A stretch of 26,097 bases of DNA from a virus (Duplodnaviria > Caudoviricetes): positions 1-26,097 of IMG/VR virus record IMGVR_UViG_3300047090_000285; one strand, given 5' to 3'. The notes below the pieces were generated by a model. It saw nothing but the letters and a program-made list of their open reading frames with translations, ran no database searches and was not told where the DNA came from. Of the stretch, positions 23,115 to 26,097 are shown one piece after another (the stretch's first letter is position 1; every line of letters starts with the position of its first letter). A program made the translations under genes and the position numbers.

Positions 23115-24805
23115 AGGAAGATCTGCTCGAGCGCGAGCGTCTTCAGGTCCCACAGGTGGTTCATAAACTCCGCGAAATCGAGCTGATCGTCTGAGAACTC
23201 GCACCGGTAGTAGAACGATCCGGTCCACATGAGCGGCAGGTTCAAGACTGGCGCCGAGGTAAAGGTGATCAGCCCGACCGCGCTGATGGAGTAGTCCGTG
23301 GCGCTCGCGGTGCTGCCGACGGTCGGGAGATATTTCATGGCGTTGACGCCGGCGATTATCTGTCCGCCCCAGGCCAGTACGTCGACGGTCGATGCGGCGC
23401 CGACGTCGCCCTCGAGCTGCACCCATACGTAGGTGGTCGAGGCGTCCTGGCTGGTGAGCTGGAACCGTTGCCATGCGTTCGTGACCGTGATCGTCTGCGA
23501 GGTGGGGGCGACACTACCGGCCCCATCCCCGGTGATCAGCACGAGCGAAGCGCTGGTTCCCGCATTGAGCTTCAGCCAGATGCTGCCGGTGTAGATGCCG
23601 GCGCTGACCGAGACGGCCTGATGGATCCGGCTGGCATCGCCCGCGGTGACGCCGGCGCCGCGATTGAACTGCACCCGAGTGGCGGTCGTAGTGCCATCGG
23701 GCCCGGCCGCGAAGGTCGCGGTGACTGTGGGCGCGCTCCCAGTGCCTGTCGCGTCCTTCGTCCAGGCCGCATTCGCGAGCGTCTGGGACTGCAGGCACAG
23801 ATTCGTGTAACTCGCGGCGCCCAGGCGTTCGAGCGCCCCATACCCACGGTCGACGCGGATCTCAGGGGGCGAGGATATTAGGTTCTGTATCAATTCCGGA
23901 ACACCCGTCTGTCCATAGGGTCCCGGATACTGATTGCCACCGTTGTAGGTCGCCATGAGCTGGTAGACGGTCTGACCGCCGGTCCCGAGCCCGAAGAGGT
24001 GGTTCTGAACGCTGTTGAAGTCCGGATCCATGAACAGGAACGTATCCGCAGCCGTGACCATGGCGCTGTAGAAGCCGAATAGCGATTTCAGGTCGCCGTG
24101 CTGAACCGCAGCGCCGAAGGTGCGGACGTAGGCGCCGGCGAACTGTCCGGGTTCGATCTGCGCGCCCCAGACCCCGAGGTTCGCGTAATTCGCGGTGCCG
24201 GCGCCGCCGATGAGTGCGGGACCCACAAAGTCCGCGGCGCTGCCGGCGATTGCCGCCGTAATAGCCTGAGAGAACGAGAAGCGCTGCCAAACGGGCGTCA
24301 CGGTGCACAGGAAGTTCCCACCCGCCGATTTTGGGAGCGCCACGACGGCTGTACTTCCATCCAGCGTCCGCAGCCACACCGAATAGGTGAACATCGAGCC
24401 GACTGCCCGCGCGGCCGCCGAGGGCGCCATCAGCTGCGAGACATCCGTGCCGGCCGAGCCGGTGCCCTTATTCAGGAACACCTGGTCGCCTGTCCAGGTG
24501 CCATCCGGGGCCTGGATCCCGTTGGTGAACACCTTGGGGAGCAGCCCGCTACCGGTGTTCGAGGCGGTCCACTGATCCGCCGCCTGGGAGTAGGCAACGT
24601 AGTTCGCCCGGACGATATCGTCCCGGAGCACGCCGCCGTTCCCGGAGTCGAATGAAACCTCCCACTGGTAGAGGGGATAGGCGCGGTAGCTGATAGTCGA
24701 TCGTTTACCCGAGAGGGCGGACTGGCGCTTGCGGGATCCCAGAACCGACTTGCGCGGCGGGAAGAGCTTCCCGACGTAGTAGTCGGGGAACACCATGCCG
24801 CTCAT
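23111..24805 (-). CDS. DUF2460-like distal tail protein with two inserted carbohydrate-binding-like modules
   Basis: SALSGKR..YPLYQWEVSFD, LFGFY..FLFMDPDFN..FGLGTGGQTVYQL, GLITFTSAP..LMWTGSFYYRCEFSDD; follows tape measure. Confidence 0.85.
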   Translation of the reverse strand: MSGMVFPDYYVGKLFPPRKSVLGSRKRQSALSGKRSTISYRAYPLYQWEVSFDSGNGGVLRDDIVRANYVAYSQAADQWTASNTGSGLLPKVFTNGIQAPDGTWTGDQVFLNKGTGSAGTDVSQLMAPSAAARAVGSMFTYSVWLRTLDGSTAVVALPKSAGGNFLCTVTPVWQRFSFSQAITAAIAGSAADFVGPALIGGAGTANYANLGVWGAQIEPGQFAGAYVRTFGAAVQHGDLKSLFGFYSAMVTAADTFLFMDPDFNSVQNHLFGLGTGGQTVYQLMATYNGGNQYPGPYGQTGVPELIQNLISSPPEIRVDRGYGALERLGAASYTNLCLQSQTLANAAWTKDATGTGSAPTVTATFAAGPDGTTTATRVQFNRGAGVTAGDASRIHQAVSVSAGIYTGSIWLKLNAGTSASLVLITGDGAGSVAPTSQTITVTNAWQRFQLTSQDASTTYVWVQLEGDVGAASTVDVLAWGGQIIAGVNAMKYLPTVGSTASATDYSISAVGLITFTSAPVLNLPLMWTGSFYYRCEFSDDQLDFAEFMNHLWDLKTLALEQIFL

Positions 24806-26097
24806 CGCGCTCCCCGCCGGGCCATGGTCGCCAGGGACTGGAAGACCGCGCGCTGATTCGATCGGTTCGCCAGAAGGCTCCGCATGCTGGTATCCGCGAC
24901 CGTGACCGGTCCGTAGTTGTGGGTGTCACCGCCGCCCTTGCCCCCTCCACCGCCCATACCCGGCATGGTGCCGCTGCGGCGGGCCTCCTCAGCGTAGGGC
25001 CGCGGCACGACCGCCTCGCCCTTGTGAAGCTTGTACATGCCGTCCGTCGACAGATTCATGGCGCCCGTGTCCAAGGACGCGAGGCCCTCATAGGCCGCCA
25101 CCGCTGCGTAGGCCGCCGCGGCCGCCGCCGGTGCCAGGATCCAACCGACATAGGGGATCTGGGCGACGCTCGAGTAGGTACCGCTGAAGGCCTTCGCCGC
25201 ATCCTGGAGCACCGTCTTGCCGCCGATCGCTGCGGACTGGGCGTGCGCCACGCTGGCGGCCGCCGCCGTGGCCGAGGTGCGTGCCGCCGCGCCGGCGATC
25301 GTTGCGGACGTCTGGGCGGCCTCGCTCGTAATTGTCGCGGCCGCCTTCTGGTTCTGAAATAGCGCGTGGTAGAGAAATCCGCCCTCTTCCATGGCGCGGG
25401 TCTGGCCCTCCTCGGAGCGCCGTAGCAGGAGTCGCGTGGTCAGCGCTTTCGCATCGTTGGTCAGTTCCTTCGTCAGGAGCTCACCGCCGATCTGCAGGAG
25501 TGACTGCGACATGCTGCGCCGGCGGCTGATCATGTCCGAGATGAACGAGCCCTCTGCGCCCTCAATCTCTCCAATCGCCGTCTTCCAGAGCTTCGCCTGC
25601 TGCGCGGAGTTGCGCTGCATCTCCTCCAGAATCTTGCCGTCCTCCTCGATCTCCGAGTGGATCATCCGCAGCTTGTTGTCGTAGCGCTGCTTGTCGAGCC
25701 GCTCCTGCTCCTGGACGTTGCGCGCGTACTCCTCGAAATAGCGCCCGTTATCCGCGATGCCCAGTTCGATGACGCGCTTGCGGTCGTCGAGCACACGCTG
25801 ATTTTCCCGGAGCTGTGTCTGGGTTGCCTGGCGCATGAGATCGGCCGAATGTTCGGTGTACTCACGCTGCGCCGATTCCGCGGCCTGATTCGCCTTCACG
25901 ACCGTGTCCACGGTATCAGCGCCATAGAACTTCTTGGCGAGCTTGGCGTAGTCCTGCAGGGCCTGGAGACGTTCCAGCGTGCCGGCTTTGAAGGCGTCGA
26001 CGCCCGCCTTCACGTTCTCCATTTCCTGCTCGAGCATCGAACGGGAAAGTGCCGCAGATGCCTTGGCCGCGCCGTCCGCCGCGTTCGCGGTTGGGGA
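24802..26097 (-). CDS. Tail tape measure protein, C-terminal part (5' end outside the window)
   Basis: Frame open to the window edge; helical, Ala-rich; IPYVGWILAPAAAAAA, SLDTGA..LHKGEAVVP, GGDTHNY motifs. Confidence 0.9.
   Translation of the reverse strand, partial: SPTANAADGAAKASAALSRSMLEQEMENVKAGVDAFKAGTLERLQALQDYAKLAKKFYGADTVDTVVKANQAAESAQREYTEHSADLMRQATQTQLRENQRVLDDRKRVIELGIADNGRYFEEYARNVQEQERLDKQRYDNKLRMIHSEIEEDGKILEEMQRNSAQQAKLWKTAIGEIEGAEGSFISDMISRRRSMSQSLLQIGGELLTKELTNDAKALTTRLLLRRSEEGQTRAMEEGGFLYHALFQNQKAAATITSEAAQTSATIAGAAARTSATAAAASVAHAQSAAIGGKTVLQDAAKAFSGTYSSVAQIPYVGWILAPAAAAAAYAAVAAYEGLASLDTGAMNLSTDGMYKLHKGEAVVPRPYAEEARRSGTMPGMGGGGGKGGGDTHNYGPVTVADTSMRSLLANRSNQRAVFQSLATMARRGAR

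Larger units (their letters stand above)
1..26097. mobile_element. Tailed (siphovirus-like) phage/prophage segment: early/regulatory genes plus tail and lysis modules
   Basis: Cro-like HTH, tape measure, DUF2460/DUF2163/NlpC-P60/tail-tip gene run and endolysin; tightly packed genes with many ATGA/GTGA overlaps; no housekeeping genes. Confidence 0.95.

Noticed and set aside
17571-25684. Numerous long + strand and alternate-frame ORFs over the tail genes
   Set aside because: Shadow ORFs expected at high GC; Arg/Gly/Ala-rich and overlapping clearly recognisable genes
1-26097. Diversity-generating retroelement, retron, integrase/att or invertible tail cassette
   Set aside because: No reverse transcriptase or recombinase motifs, and no TR/VR-like near-identical repeat pair noticed; the Dit modules are diverged protein-level repeats

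Overview
GC-rich tailed-phage or prophage segment with no host genes, integrase or att site visible. It has three blocks. (1) A leftward early operon (<1-3476) holds a recombination/ssDNA-annealing-like protein with an SSB-type DDDIPF tail and a phage-borne csrA. (2) A divergent rightward operon (3600-~12450) starts with a P22-Cro-like repressor and has no adjacent CI. It contains small Zn-finger and hypothetical genes, a PD-(D/E)XK nuclease, an ASCH/PUA-like protein and a HerA/FtsK-like ATPase with degenerate motifs. No replication initiator is recognisable; instead, a ~430-nt densely base-paired segment (4672-5097) sits where lambdoid O/P/ori would be. (3) A converging minus-strand late region (>26097-12543) encodes tape measure, a DUF2460 distal tail protein with two inserted modules, DUF2163, a DUF6527-like protein, NlpC/P60, a tail tip protein and a chaperone. 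It continues with an antisense lipoprotein, a lysis cassette with a GH108 endolysin, a terminator and a frameshifted papain-like protease. The CsrA sequence suggests a high-GC gammaproteobacterial host (inference). All family calls come from motif recognition by eye; no searches or folding calculations were run.
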